52,157 nt of DNA from a virus (IMGVR_UViG_3300026549_000047:1-52157), one strand, 5' to 3'; counted from the stretch's first letter, positions 28,111 through 37,035 are shown. The notes: generated by a model from the sequence alone, not told the origin. Made by a program: numbers and translations.

Positions 28111-28809
28111 TTAATTTTCCTTTTTCTTACCGAGTAACTTACTAGCACCGCCTGCCACAATGCTAGCAGCAGCTGCACCAGCGGCAATCTTTGTACCCTT
28201 ACCTGCATTACGGAAGGCATTGATTGCATTAGCCTTGTTAGCGATCTTAGCACTCTGACTCTTAGCCAGCTGTGCCACACGCTCAGTCGTGGCCTTAGAA
28301 GTTGCGTTTGTATTGGCAGCCTTGAGGTTAGCCTTACTGAGAATCTTATTGCCAGTTGAATCAGCAGTAGCCTTTAAACCTTTAGCAGCCTGGTAGCCAG
28401 TATAACCCAGAGCACCAGTTGCGCCTAGAGCAGTAGCAGTTGATGCATCCTCAGCTACGTCCTTAGCAGTCGAGAATAACTTCAGACGACCATTCTCAGA
28501 AAAATTCTTTTCCTTTTTCTTGTCCTTAGCTTTCTTAACTGCAACAGCGCCGGCCACAGTACCAGCTGCAATACCAGTAGCAATAGCAGTCTTCTTATTA
28601 GCCTTGGCAGTTTCAACAACAGCCTTAGCAGCTTTGGCTACACGACCTTTGAGAGTCTTAGACTGAGCAATCTCAGCCTGACGTGCGGTCTCTTTCTCAG
28701 CAGCCTCCTGTGCGAAACGCTGACGAGAACGATTGGAAGCAAGATTAACTTTTTTCTTGCCGCCACCTTTATTTTTTGTGCCGAATTCGGCCTGTTTAAG
28801 TACTAACAT
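28111..28809 (-). CDS. Leader-bearing Lys/Ala-rich two-module protein (MLVLKQAEFG)
   Basis: 232 aa; internal KNFSENGRLKLFS double site. Confidence 0.8.
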   Translation of the reverse strand: MLVLKQAEFGTKNKGGGKKKVNLASNRSRQRFAQEAAEKETARQAEIAQSKTLKGRVAKAAKAVVETAKANKKTAIATGIAAGTVAGAVAVKKAKDKKKEKNFSENGRLKLFSTAKDVAEDASTATALGATGALGYTGYQAAKGLKATADSTGNKILSKANLKAANTNATSKATTERVAQLAKSQSAKIANKANAINAFRNAGKGTKIAAGAAAASIVAGGASKLLGKKKEN

Positions 28810-28823
28810 GTATGTATGCTTTA

Positions 28824-29039
28824 TTAATGTTTGTTGGCATAGTATCCGCGAAGAGCCGCACTTGCTTTCTCCTTAGATTCATAGTGTGAATCCCAATAGA
28901 CGCCTTTCTTCCGGTTAATAATTCTCCATCGTCCCTCTCTATCCTGCTGGACAACACCACTTCGTTTGGCTTTCTCTAAGATATCTTCGGGGACTTTTTC
29001 TCGATCATCCGAGAACATTTTGCTTCTTAAGATTATCAT
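28824..29039 (-). CDS. Leader-bearing small protein (MIILRSKMFS)
   Basis: 71 aa. Confidence 0.75.
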   Translation of the reverse strand: MIILRSKMFSDDREKVPEDILEKAKRSGVVQQDREGRWRIINRKKGVYWDSHYESKEKASAALRGYYANKH

Positions 29040-29044
29040 ATCTT

Positions 29045-31096
29045 TTAAAATATATTTTCCAACATGCTCTGGAACTGTAGGTTAGAATCTTCTTTAGCTG
29101 ATTTAACCATATCAGTAACCAGGTGTAACTGTTTATCGACTCCATTCGAATATCCTTGTTCCTCACCAGCATCAATAGACATTTTCAGACTATAACAAGC
29201 TGAGGCAAGTGAATCCCAGACGTCCTTAGAGCCTTTTCCATTATTCCTATCAAAGACTTGCGGATTGTTTGTAGCCTTAGTCGGGTGATCTATCTTATAT
29301 CCCTTTCCCGTCGGTACATATCTTAAGTCATAGGCCTCTCTTTGAAGTCGTCTGTTTTCGGGTAATGAGATTAATCCCTGCATAATCAAGTTCTTCAGGT
29401 AGAGAGCTGGTTCACAAGGAACATTATCTGTTGAGATTCGCCCATTAGTCTTTATATTTTCACGCTCACAGTCTTGTAAGATTTGTTTTGAATATGCCTG
29501 GTCGGCTGATACTATAACATTATAATCTTTTTTCAAGGCCATAATTAGGTCAAAGACGTGATGCAAGCTTGTCTCCTGTCCATCTTTTCTCGCCACTGCC
29601 ACAGTGAAATAACATTTTACCTTAGGCATTTTTGAGTCTCCCATAAATTCCCAGTGATCAAACTGAACACAGCTTATTCCAGCATAGTCATTATTCGTTG
29701 CTAGGTCTAAGCCAATCCAAATAGAAGTCCCGAACGGAATCATGTCTATGGCGGGTTGAAGTTTATCTATAAGTCGATCTGTCTTATCGAAGAAATCAAC
29801 GGTTACGACTTCTGGAATGGGGTTCTTTATACCTCTACTACACTCCACCAACTTTTTAATTGATCCATTAAAGAATAGATCTGATGAACTTGTTGAGATA
29901 CCGCACTTATCTTGTAGCATCTTAATCAAGTTTTGTTTTGCCTCCACCTTAAGCTGGATAGGAACATTTATAACACGCTCAGGGTCTTGATCAAGGGCAA
30001 GTTTATAGCCTTCTGGTAAAATCTGAGCAGGGTATTTTCCATCACCAGTATAGACAGGAAACGTTACTCCTTTAGAATCAACATAATCTTGAGGCTTAAC
30101 AGCAAAATGTGTTGGGTGACAATAGTAAGTAAGCTCTCTAGGGGAATTATCTAGGAACCATTCAGTCGAGGAATTATCTCCTTTACTAGACGAGTCTATA
30201 ATGAGATTACCCACCATCTTAAGCGCTTGGGAATTGAAACGCGAAGTCATACGACCATAGGCCGACTCAACAATTCCCTGAGCTCTTTCTGGGTTAGGGT
30301 AGAAATTTAACTCACTTAGAATATAGCAATATTTATATCATGTTTGACACAACATTTGGAATATATCTTTAGCCAAAAGGCTAGTTAAGCACATATTCTC
30401 TAAACCAGGATTTCTGGCTTGGCATTAAGATTTATCTATTCGCCAAATTATCTAAACTGATTATCTACAGAGTTTCCCTTGTAGACGGCCAATTAAAACC
30501 AATACATCAGATCCCAGACCTACGCGTCCACCTAAAGGACCAGATGTAATAAATTGGAGTTTAAATTTCCTTTTAACGTTTTTGAAAAACGGAACTTTCA
30601 TCAATGCTTCATCCTTAAACCACTTAATAAACTCAGCGTATCCTACGTTTTCATCTCGATGGGTCACAACGAAGGAAAAGGGTTTAGGGACGAGGTGAAG
30701 AGTTTTAGAAGGGTTTTTCATACAGAGAAGTCTTGCATAACAATTAGCCATGCAAAGTCTCGAAACTGTAGATTTGCCAATTCCTATGGCTCCCGATAGT
30801 ATTAGAAACGGATATGCTGTGGTCACCTCGGATGGAAATATCTTTGGTAACTCATCTCTCCAAAACTTATATATAGATCTACCACCATCAAAGAAATCAG
30901 CACTTCCTAGGTAGTAGTCATCAGAGTATAATTGTTCTATTGTTGGAGGCATTCTGTTATACCCATTTACCTTCAAAAATACTAACTTTTTCTCTCTTTC
31001 TGATAAATTTGTATATTGTGTTTGAAAAGTTATCCCAGCTAGTTCATCCGTCAGATCCCTAGAAGGATCAAATTGATCTATAAACTTCTGGTTCAT
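29045..31096 (-). CDS. terL: Terminase large subunit, two exons: 31096-30498 and 30326-29045, 626 aa spliced
   Basis: Walker A ILSGAIGIGKST; splicing rebuilds the Walker B region DVLVYILSE; RNase H-like WIGLDLAT and KDVWDS motifs. Exon lengths 599+1282 nt = 627 codons. Confidence 0.85.
30327..30497 (-). ncRNA. Small ORF-less group I intron (171 nt) in terL
   Basis: P1 GGU/GCC; P2 with GAAA loop; P4 UUGGC/GCCAA; P7 GAAUAU/AUAUUC; P8 UAGCC/GGCUA; terminal G; frame restored. Confidence 0.8.
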
Positions 31097-31124
31097 AATC
31101 TTTAATAATTAAATTTATACTAGC

Positions 31125-31175
31125 TCCTACAGTCCTATCGAAAGGTATCAAGCTTATTTCACTCAAACTGTAGGA
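31125..31175 (-). repeat. Three-way-junction element copy 4 (upstream of terL)
   Basis: TCCTACAGT/ACTGTAGGA stem, TGAAATA loop, CCT-TTCGAT-AGG. Confidence 0.7.
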
Positions 31176-31183
31176 TTTATTCT

Positions 31184-31282
31184 TTAACCTCTATTCTTCA
31201 TCCTCTCGACAATGTAATTTTTATAGTCCTCCAATGTCTTCTCAGCAGGAATAGGAACAGGTTTCTTATTTTTCTTTGCCAT
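31184..31282 (-). CDS. 32-aa basic peptide (MAKKNKKPVPIPAEK...)
   Basis: Translated by hand; fills the gap upstream of terL. Confidence 0.45.
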   Translation of the reverse strand: MAKKNKKPVPIPAEKTLEDYKNYIVERMKNRG

Positions 31283-31296
31283 ACTTAAAATTATTT

Positions 31297-31779
31297 TTAA
31301 GCCAAATCTTTTCCAGATTTATACCACGTGTAATAGCTATTATATGTACAGAAGAAGTCTTCTGGCCATTTAAAGTTCTGAGTATACAGGGCTCTAGCAT
31401 AAGAGGAAATTTTAGTATCTTTAGAGAAAACTAGTACAACAGCACTAGCACCCTCTTTTCCATTGACATTATCTTTATAGGAAAGAGGATGGATTTCAGT
31501 TAATGTACCACCCTTTTCGAAAAACTTATTTCTTTGCATCCACTCAGTAAACGTTTCCCAACCACCATTTGGCTCTTTATCAGAAGATTTGATATGAACA
31601 ACCACTAAGGCTGGCCAATAATCTTGTTCATAACCCTCTTTAAAAGTTATTTCACTATAAACTACTGGCTTCTTTGGTGCCGACGATTTATCCATAACCT
31701 CTTTCTGAGATTTTCCAGCAGAAAAGAGATTCTTGATAGTTCCCAACAAAGAGAACTCTTTATTTCTTAAAACTATCAT
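31297..31779 (-). CDS. Leader-bearing protein (MIVLRNKEFS)
   Basis: 160 aa. Confidence 0.8.
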   Translation of the reverse strand: MIVLRNKEFSLLGTIKNLFSAGKSQKEVMDKSSAPKKPVVYSEITFKEGYEQDYWPALVVVHIKSSDKEPNGGWETFTEWMQRNKFFEKGGTLTEIHPLSYKDNVNGKEGASAVVLVFSKDTKISSYARALYTQNFKWPEDFFCTYNSYYTWYKSGKDLA

Positions 31780-31780
31780 A

Positions 31781-32386
31781 TTAGTACTTCTGATATTTAA
31801 CCCAAGACTTTATATCCTTAACTTCCTCCGGTTCAAGCATTTCTGAATCAATAGAAACATACTTACCAGTCTTTGTATCGAACATCAAATTAGAATAGTC
31901 TCCATCTGAGGATATAGGTAAGTATCGGCCTTTCTCTAGACCGCCATCTTCAAACCACCCAATGTCTCCAGGATTTTCATCAGAATAGTATCCAAGGTCT
32001 CCGAGATCTTTTAGCTGTCTTGCTTGTGATGGATATTTCTTCAGGAACTCTTTATAACTAATTGGAAGATTTTTGGTTCTCCTATTAAAATCATTTTTAC
32101 GATAGTTATTATTTTTCTCATCTATCGCTTTATTGATTTTATCTATTCTCTTGTTCCTAGCTAAGTACATTCCTGTTGCTGCACCAAGGCCAGCACCTAT
32201 TTTAGCCGCACTTGTAGCAACTCTAGAATTACCAGTTAAAGCACCAAGAGTAAATCCACCGACAGCTCCTATTCCAGAAGTAATCCCTATTGTGCCTATC
32301 CTTTGGGCCGGAGAATATTTTCCTTCGTACTTACCTGTTCTGGGATCATACTTTAAGGAGAAGTTTTTATTTCTTAGAATTATCAT
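31781..32386 (-). CDS. Leader-bearing glycine-zipper protein with SMI1/KNR4 (SUKH)-like C-terminal domain (start MIILRNKNFS at 32386)
   Basis: LPISYKEFL...YLPISSDG...MFDTKTGKYVSID pattern. Confidence 0.65.
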   Translation of the reverse strand: MIILRNKNFSLKYDPRTGKYEGKYSPAQRIGTIGITSGIGAVGGFTLGALTGNSRVATSAAKIGAGLGAATGMYLARNKRIDKINKAIDEKNNNYRKNDFNRRTKNLPISYKEFLKKYPSQARQLKDLGDLGYYSDENPGDIGWFEDGGLEKGRYLPISSDGDYSNLMFDTKTGKYVSIDSEMLEPEEVKDIKSWVKYQKY

Positions 32387-33050
32387 CCTTCTCTTCCTTC
32401 TCTTTCTTCTTCCGGTCAATCTTTTTCTTTACCTTGTAGGCAACAATTCCAGCAGTACCGACACCAGCAATTACATTAGTAGCTCTTTCTTCGTTATTCT
32501 TACCTAACTTGTTTAAGAGTGTCTCTTTCTTGCTTGGCTTCTTAGGCTGAGGTTCTGATGCACTATTTGGTTTTGCGTTTTTGGGCTGATGTTCATTCCA
32601 TACTCCGCCTTTACCTTTCTGACGACCACCAGTTCTCATAGTTTCCCATCGACTCTGGTTAACTCCAACAGTACCAGCACCACCATCAGAAACTATTGCA
32701 TTATCTCCATACTTATTCAAAGGCTCTTTTCCTTTAGTTGGCCCTGAAATAATAGCTTTCGTATTTATGTTATGGTTTACATTTCTCTTTCCACTGAGAA
32801 CTGCATCAGATGCAATATCTATGTTTTTAGATGGATCCTTCGGGTGAATAACTTTTCCTGCTCCACCGTGAGCATCAATCACGTTCTTCAGACGGAATAC
32901 ATGTTTCTCATCACCAGGCCCAAGATTAATGCCAGTATTCTTATATATTTTATCACCGATTTTGCGACCCTCAGCTGCTTCCCAAGCCTTTTTCATAGCT
33001 CTGTTGGCAGCTTTTACTCGGCCAAACTCTTTCTGTCTTATAACAATCAT
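32367..33050 (-). CDS. Leader-bearing basic protein (MIVIRQKEFG)
   Basis: 227 aa; 20-bp overlap with the next leader. Confidence 0.8.
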   Translation of the reverse strand: MIVIRQKEFGRVKAANRAMKKAWEAAEGRKIGDKIYKNTGINLGPGDEKHVFRLKNVIDAHGGAGKVIHPKDPSKNIDIASDAVLSGKRNVNHNINTKAIISGPTKGKEPLNKYGDNAIVSDGGAGTVGVNQSRWETMRTGGRQKGKGGVWNEHQPKNAKPNSASEPQPKKPSKKETLLNKLGKNNEERATNVIAGVGTAGIVAYKVKKKIDRKKKEKEEKDDNSKK

Positions 33051-33101
33051 CTTTCCTTGTCCTTTTCTTAGGGAGAGGAAGTATTGTTATATCACTTTAT
33101 C

Positions 33102-33140
33102 GATCACCCCCCCCCCTATTGCTAGAAAATTGGGATGATC
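33102..33140 (-). promoter_or_regulatory. G10-tract hairpin 5
   Basis: C10 at 33107-33116; GATCA/TGATC outer stem; 57 nt before the ATG. Confidence 0.65.
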
Positions 33141-33146
33141 AACACT

Positions 33147-33551
33147 TTATTTCATTAAATACTTAACCCAAGCGAACGGTTTGCGTCCTTTCAAGTAGGT
33201 TAAGTCATTTTCATTTGTATATGCCTCTTGTTCGAAAGCCACCTTTCTATATGGCTTCTCCTGTCTGATGATCCACTTCCTCACTGCATACTCTAAGCCA
33301 TACCATATAAAGTATACGAAAGGAGCAGCGAACATCCACCATGGGGACATGACATGGAATACGACACTCAGGAGGAATAGAATAATCAGAGAAACTATAA
33401 GCACCTCTAATTGCTGATAGCCATGAATAGTTTCATGATTCTTATCCTCTGCCGTTAATTCTCTAGCACTTTCTCGAACAAACAAGAACGGCCATATACA
33501 TGTTGCAAGAAATCCCTTGAAGGGAATAATATCGTTACGTACTTCTATCAC
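33147..33551 (-). CDS. Membrane protein with HExxH zinc-peptidase-like motif (no leader)
   Basis: NHETIHGYQQ, two hydrophobic helices, FEQEAY; GTG start. Confidence 0.65.
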   Translation of the reverse strand: MIEVRNDIIPFKGFLATCIWPFLFVRESARELTAEDKNHETIHGYQQLEVLIVSLIILFLLSVVFHVMSPWWMFAAPFVYFIWYGLEYAVRKWIIRQEKPYRKVAFEQEAYTNENDLTYLKGRKPFAWVKYLMK

Positions 33552-33709
33552 TTGTTGTGTAAGTAGTGAATACCATAGAGAATACCAACCAATGGCCAGA
33601 TAGCAGCAAAGCCAATCTTTTCAATGGTAGTATGCGACCAATTCTTCATCTTGTTGTAGGCGAAAACAGCGCCTAGCACATACAGTGCTATAAGAATAAT
33701 TGTAATCAT
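33548..33709 (-). CDS. 53-aa two-TM membrane protein
   Basis: Translated by hand: MITIILIALYVLGAVFAY...FAAIWPLVGILYGIHYLHNK. Confidence 0.6.
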   Translation of the reverse strand: MITIILIALYVLGAVFAYNKMKNWSHTTIEKIGFAAIWPLVGILYGIHYLHNK

Positions 33710-33724
33710 ATTATTTATTTTTAT

Positions 33725-34003
33725 TTAGTTTTGTATTACTACTTCATGGTAATAATACCCACATTTATCACAAACCCAATTGTGTCCTGCACTTCCAGTT
33801 ATCGCATTGGGACAAAGTGTATCAAAGTCTTCTAAGTGATAATGACTTTTCCCACAGACTGGACAAACCCAACGGGCGCTTTTTATATACTTACCGTTTT
33901 CCTGTAATTCTGGTGATAAAGCCTCCTCTTTATCGGAGGTATAGGAAACAACAAGATCAAAAGGAAGCAAGTGACAATGCATGAGTAATGTACTATTATC
34001 CAT
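33725..34003 (-). CDS. Zinc-ribbon protein
   Basis: CPVCGK...CDKCGY. Confidence 0.65.
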   Translation of the reverse strand: MDNSTLLMHCHLLPFDLVVSYTSDKEEALSPELQENGKYIKSARWVCPVCGKSHYHLEDFDTLCPNAITGSAGHNWVCDKCGYYYHEVVIQN

Positions 34004-34046
34004 TGTTATGTGTCTCCTTTAAATTAGTTTAGTTTGGTATTAGAGT

Positions 34047-34096
34047 TCCCATAACTGCTTCGATGCATAGAGACGTATTTCATCTCAGTTATGGGA
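34047..34096 (-). repeat. Three-way-junction element copy 5
   Basis: TCCCATAACT/AGTTATGGGA stem, GAGA-TGAAATACG-TCTC, GC-ATCGAA-GC. Confidence 0.7.
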
Positions 34097-34115
34097 TTTA
34101 TAGGGTATGATAAGA

Positions 34116-34634
34116 TTATTTCTTTTTATTATCTTTTAGAGATTTTGCAACTAAAGCAGAGCCTGTAGCAATACCACCGGCCGCTAAAGCTATATTCTTC
34201 TTGTTATGTTTAGCAACATATTCTAAGCCTGCTTTCTTGCCAAACTTATTAGCCAGTTTATCTGCAACTACGCCAGCTTTTACTGACTTTTTGGCGTCGT
34301 TTTCTAGTTTTCGAACTTTCAAGACACCTTTAATTTTATCTTTTATACTAGCCGGGCTTTTTAATATAGCCTTCTTAGCTTCCTTGGCTTGTTTAGAAAC
34401 CTCTTTCTGGGTGTCTATAATTTCCTTCTCACCGGCTTTTGCACTCTTATATGCTTCGGTATCTTTAATATAGTCCTTAGCACCTTCTTTAACACCTTCA
34501 TAGGTTCCGTGAACTATTCCAGCATTGGCACCACCTACTCCGAGAGCAGTAAGACCGGCACCATAAGTAGCTAGACGCTTCTTATCAATTTTCTTCTTTT
34601 CTTCTGAAAAGTTTTTATCCCTCAATATAATCAT
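34116..34634 (-). CDS. Leader-bearing Lys/Ala/Gly-rich protein (MIILRDKNFS)
   Basis: 172 aa. Confidence 0.8.
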   Translation of the reverse strand: MIILRDKNFSEEKKKIDKKRLATYGAGLTALGVGGANAGIVHGTYEGVKEGAKDYIKDTEAYKSAKAGEKEIIDTQKEVSKQAKEAKKAILKSPASIKDKIKGVLKVRKLENDAKKSVKAGVVADKLANKFGKKAGLEYVAKHNKKNIALAAGGIATGSALVAKSLKDNKKK

Positions 34635-34676
34635 TTTATTCTCTCCTACTGAGGGAAGATTATTATTCTCTTACAC

Positions 34677-34718
34677 ACGTCCCCCCCCCCCAGTATCGAT
34701 TCTAAACGAGGGAAACGT
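34677..34718 (-). promoter_or_regulatory. G11-tract hairpin 6
   Basis: C11 at 34681-34691; ACGT/ACGT outer stem; 47 nt before the ATG. Confidence 0.65.
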
Positions 34719-34736
34719 CTTTTTCATTCTCTTAGT

Positions 34737-34787
34737 TCTCCTAGTCGTATCGAAACGTAGAACCAATGTTGTTTGTTCGCTAGGAGA
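34737..34787 (-). repeat. Three-way-junction element copy 6
   Basis: TCTCCTAG/CTAGGAGA stem, GAAC-loop-GTTC, CGT-TTCGAT-ACG. Confidence 0.75.
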
Positions 34788-34790
34788 TTA

Positions 34791-35267
34791 TTATTCTTTT
34801 TCTTTCTCTGCTCTCTTTCTAAGACGTGCTTTAGTCTGTACGCCAGCTGATGCACGACCACCTATTCCACCTAAGATAGCCCCAACTGTACCAGTTACGC
34901 CAGCACCTTGGGCCATGTTCTTAGCAGTTCTCTTGGTAACTTCTTGCTGAACGCCTTTACCAATGGTCTTCCAGGCTTTACCTTTTGGTGCCATCACAGC
35001 ACCCGTTACAGCGGCAATAGCTCCGCCACTAAGTGCACCAACATTCCGACCAGCCTTCTTGGCACGATCTATAATCTCTATGTCACGCGCACCTTCTTCG
35101 TCAGCTTTATCGGCAGCTTTCTTACCGGCCTTGCGACCAAAATAAGCACCACCAAAACTGGCCTTAGAGGTAATCGCTGTTCGAACCATACCACGATTAG
35201 ACTTAACGTCTTTCAGAGAAACTTTCTTCTCATCCTTAGAGAAGTTCTTATCACGTAGTAATATCAT
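34791..35267 (-). CDS. Leader-bearing glycine-zipper protein (MILLRDKNFS)
   Basis: 158 aa. Confidence 0.8.
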   Translation of the reverse strand: MILLRDKNFSKDEKKVSLKDVKSNRGMVRTAITSKASFGGAYFGRKAGKKAADKADEEGARDIEIIDRAKKAGRNVGALSGGAIAAVTGAVMAPKGKAWKTIGKGVQQEVTKRTAKNMAQGAGVTGTVGAILGGIGGRASAGVQTKARLRKRAEKEKE

Positions 35268-35521
35268 TTCTTTACTTTCTTCTTGCCATGAAGCACCTTC
35301 AGTGGCTTAGTATAACCTTTGATTCGGTTTCTCCATCTACTGGAAGCTTTATCAACGACGGGATGTATTCCTTCCGTTCTGTCTAAGGCATCGTCAAGAA
35401 TATCTGCTGTTCTGACTATGCCATCATCAATATCCTGCTTAAGTTGAGCAGAACCTTGTTTATAGCTAGTCCCAAAAATGGGTTGATAGCCAGAATAGTT
35501 TTTATTCCTAAGAATTACCAT
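35264..35521 (-). CDS. Leader-bearing small protein (start MVILRNKNYS at 35521)
   Basis: An internal ATG gives the leader. Confidence 0.75.
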   Translation of the reverse strand: MVILRNKNYSGYQPIFGTSYKQGSAQLKQDIDDGIVRTADILDDALDRTEGIHPVVDKASSRWRNRIKGYTKPLKVLHGKKKVKK

Positions 35522-35654
35522 AAATATCAATTCAAAGCCTTATATATGTAACAAACTAACTAATAATAACTATGATTAGTTTTATTGAATACATCAGGCA
35601 ATTAATAAGTCGTTGGATGACTTGTAGCCGGGAGGATGGGCCCAAAGTAGTGGG

Positions 35655-36428
35655 TTAATCCTCTTTCTTTTTCTTCTTCCTGGCAACTTTGTATGAGATA
35701 CCTCTACTAAGCTCCCCTAGTCCAGCATTCATAGCTGTCTGAGTTCCATATGTACCCCAAAGAGAACCCAATTGTACACCAGACTTTAAGAGTTGCCCTT
35801 TCTTAGCTCCTGCACCTTTCAGGTATCTAAGTCCTTTAGCACTAGCGGCTGCCTCAGAAACCAGCATAGGAGAAGCAACAAGTACTGGTGCTGCCCAGGC
35901 GGCATGACGAATAACCTTATTCTCTTGTTTTCCTTGTTCTTCTGCTTTAGCCTTAGCAATTCCACTACCTATTCCGGCTATGATAGCAGCGTTTTGTGAA
36001 TGTCCAGCAAAACCATAAGTACCACCACCTCCTAAATAAACCTTGTGGGCAGCCTTACCTATTCTAGTGCCAGCACCTCTTTCTACATCAAAGTGTGCAT
36101 GACCTAGTTCGTGAGCAATTTCACTTGGATTGTAAGAACCATTTCTAAAGACGGTTCCTTTTCCGTATGCAGGACCAGGAATTCCTCCACTCTCAGGAGA
36201 AACTTTAATTCCTCTCTTTTCAGCTTCAGCTACCAACCTGTCAGAAAGTGCTTGTTGTTCTGGGGAATATACTCTGTTGTCGCCCTTGATCTGCCTAATC
36301 ATTATAGGTGCAGCAAGAGCCGAATTAGCAATAAAAGAACCACCTAGGATAGCAGCTCCTCGCTTTATATCTTTATTATCTTTCTTCTTCTCGTCCTTAG
36401 AGAAGTTCTTATCACGTAGTAATATCAT
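35655..36428 (-). CDS. Leader-bearing zinc metallopeptidase-like protein (MILLRDKNFS)
   Basis: IAHELGHAH zinc motif plus downstream EAAAS third-ligand segment; hydrophobic helices. Confidence 0.7.
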   Translation of the reverse strand: MILLRDKNFSKDEKKKDNKDIKRGAAILGGSFIANSALAAPIMIRQIKGDNRVYSPEQQALSDRLVAEAEKRGIKVSPESGGIPGPAYGKGTVFRNGSYNPSEIAHELGHAHFDVERGAGTRIGKAAHKVYLGGGGTYGFAGHSQNAAIIAGIGSGIAKAKAEEQGKQENKVIRHAAWAAPVLVASPMLVSEAAASAKGLRYLKGAGAKKGQLLKSGVQLGSLWGTYGTQTAMNAGLGELSRGISYKVARKKKKKED

Positions 36429-36443
36429 ATACCTCTTCTTAAT

Positions 36444-36476
36444 CTCCCCCCCCCCCCGTTTAAAACGGAAAGGAAG
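36444..36476 (-). promoter_or_regulatory. G12-tract hairpin 7
   Basis: C12 at 36446-36457, pairing with CTTCCTTTCC; 18 nt before the ATG. Confidence 0.6.
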
Positions 36477-36558
36477 AAGGAAGAGATATTTTAATTAGAA
36501 TTTTGCAATTTATTTAATCGCTATGCCCTATAAGTGTAGGTAAATTAATTTTAAACCT

Positions 36559-36882
36559 ATGAAAATAGCAATTAAATCTGGCTTATTATCGATAAAGCCA
36601 CTAAAATCTAAGTGGGATGGATTTGATACAGGGATTATAGTTCCAAAATATGCTCCAAATCCACTATCTTTAAAAAGAATAGAGAGTGCTTGTCTTTGGG
36701 AAGTTCTTGATTCAGATAAAACTCTAGAAGAAGAACTTGGGGAAGATAATATTCTTCTTTTAGTTCCTGGAAAATATAAATTTGAAAAAATTCCAGAAGA
36801 ACCGTATTTCGGAAGATTAATCAATACTGAAACTGGTCAATCTGTTGAAGAAATGTTTGACTCTAGTTACCCTTACTATTGA
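36559..36882 (+). CDS. Hypothetical protein; the only convincing plus-strand gene
   Basis: 107 aa, very AT-rich; occupies a gap with no credible minus-strand gene. Confidence 0.6.
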   Translation: MKIAIKSGLLSIKPLKSKWDGFDTGIIVPKYAPNPLSLKRIESACLWEVLDSDKTLEEELGEDNILLLVPGKYKFEKIPEEPYFGRLINTETGQSVEEMFDSSYPYY

Positions 36883-36917
36883 CAATCCCATTAAAACAGG
36901 ACTGCCATTTTATTCTT

Positions 36918-37028
36918 TTAGAACATCTTCATCATTGGATCAAACCCACGTTCAACCCTCTGCTCATTCAGCTGCTGGTCTTCTACCTCAGCTGTGAAGC
37001 GTTTTTCTTTTTCTTGAACCATGTTCAT
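36918..37028 (-). CDS. 36-aa peptide (MNMVQEKEKRFTAE...)
   Basis: Translated by hand; contains a KRFT site. Confidence 0.4.
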   Translation of the reverse strand: MNMVQEKEKRFTAEVEDQQLNEQRVERGFDPMMKMF

Positions 37029-37035
37029 AGTAGTA

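Noticed and set aside
22726-34103. TATAAAT as a T4-type late promoter next to some elements
   Set aside because: Present beside only three of seven copies and expected by chance in AT-rich DNA.
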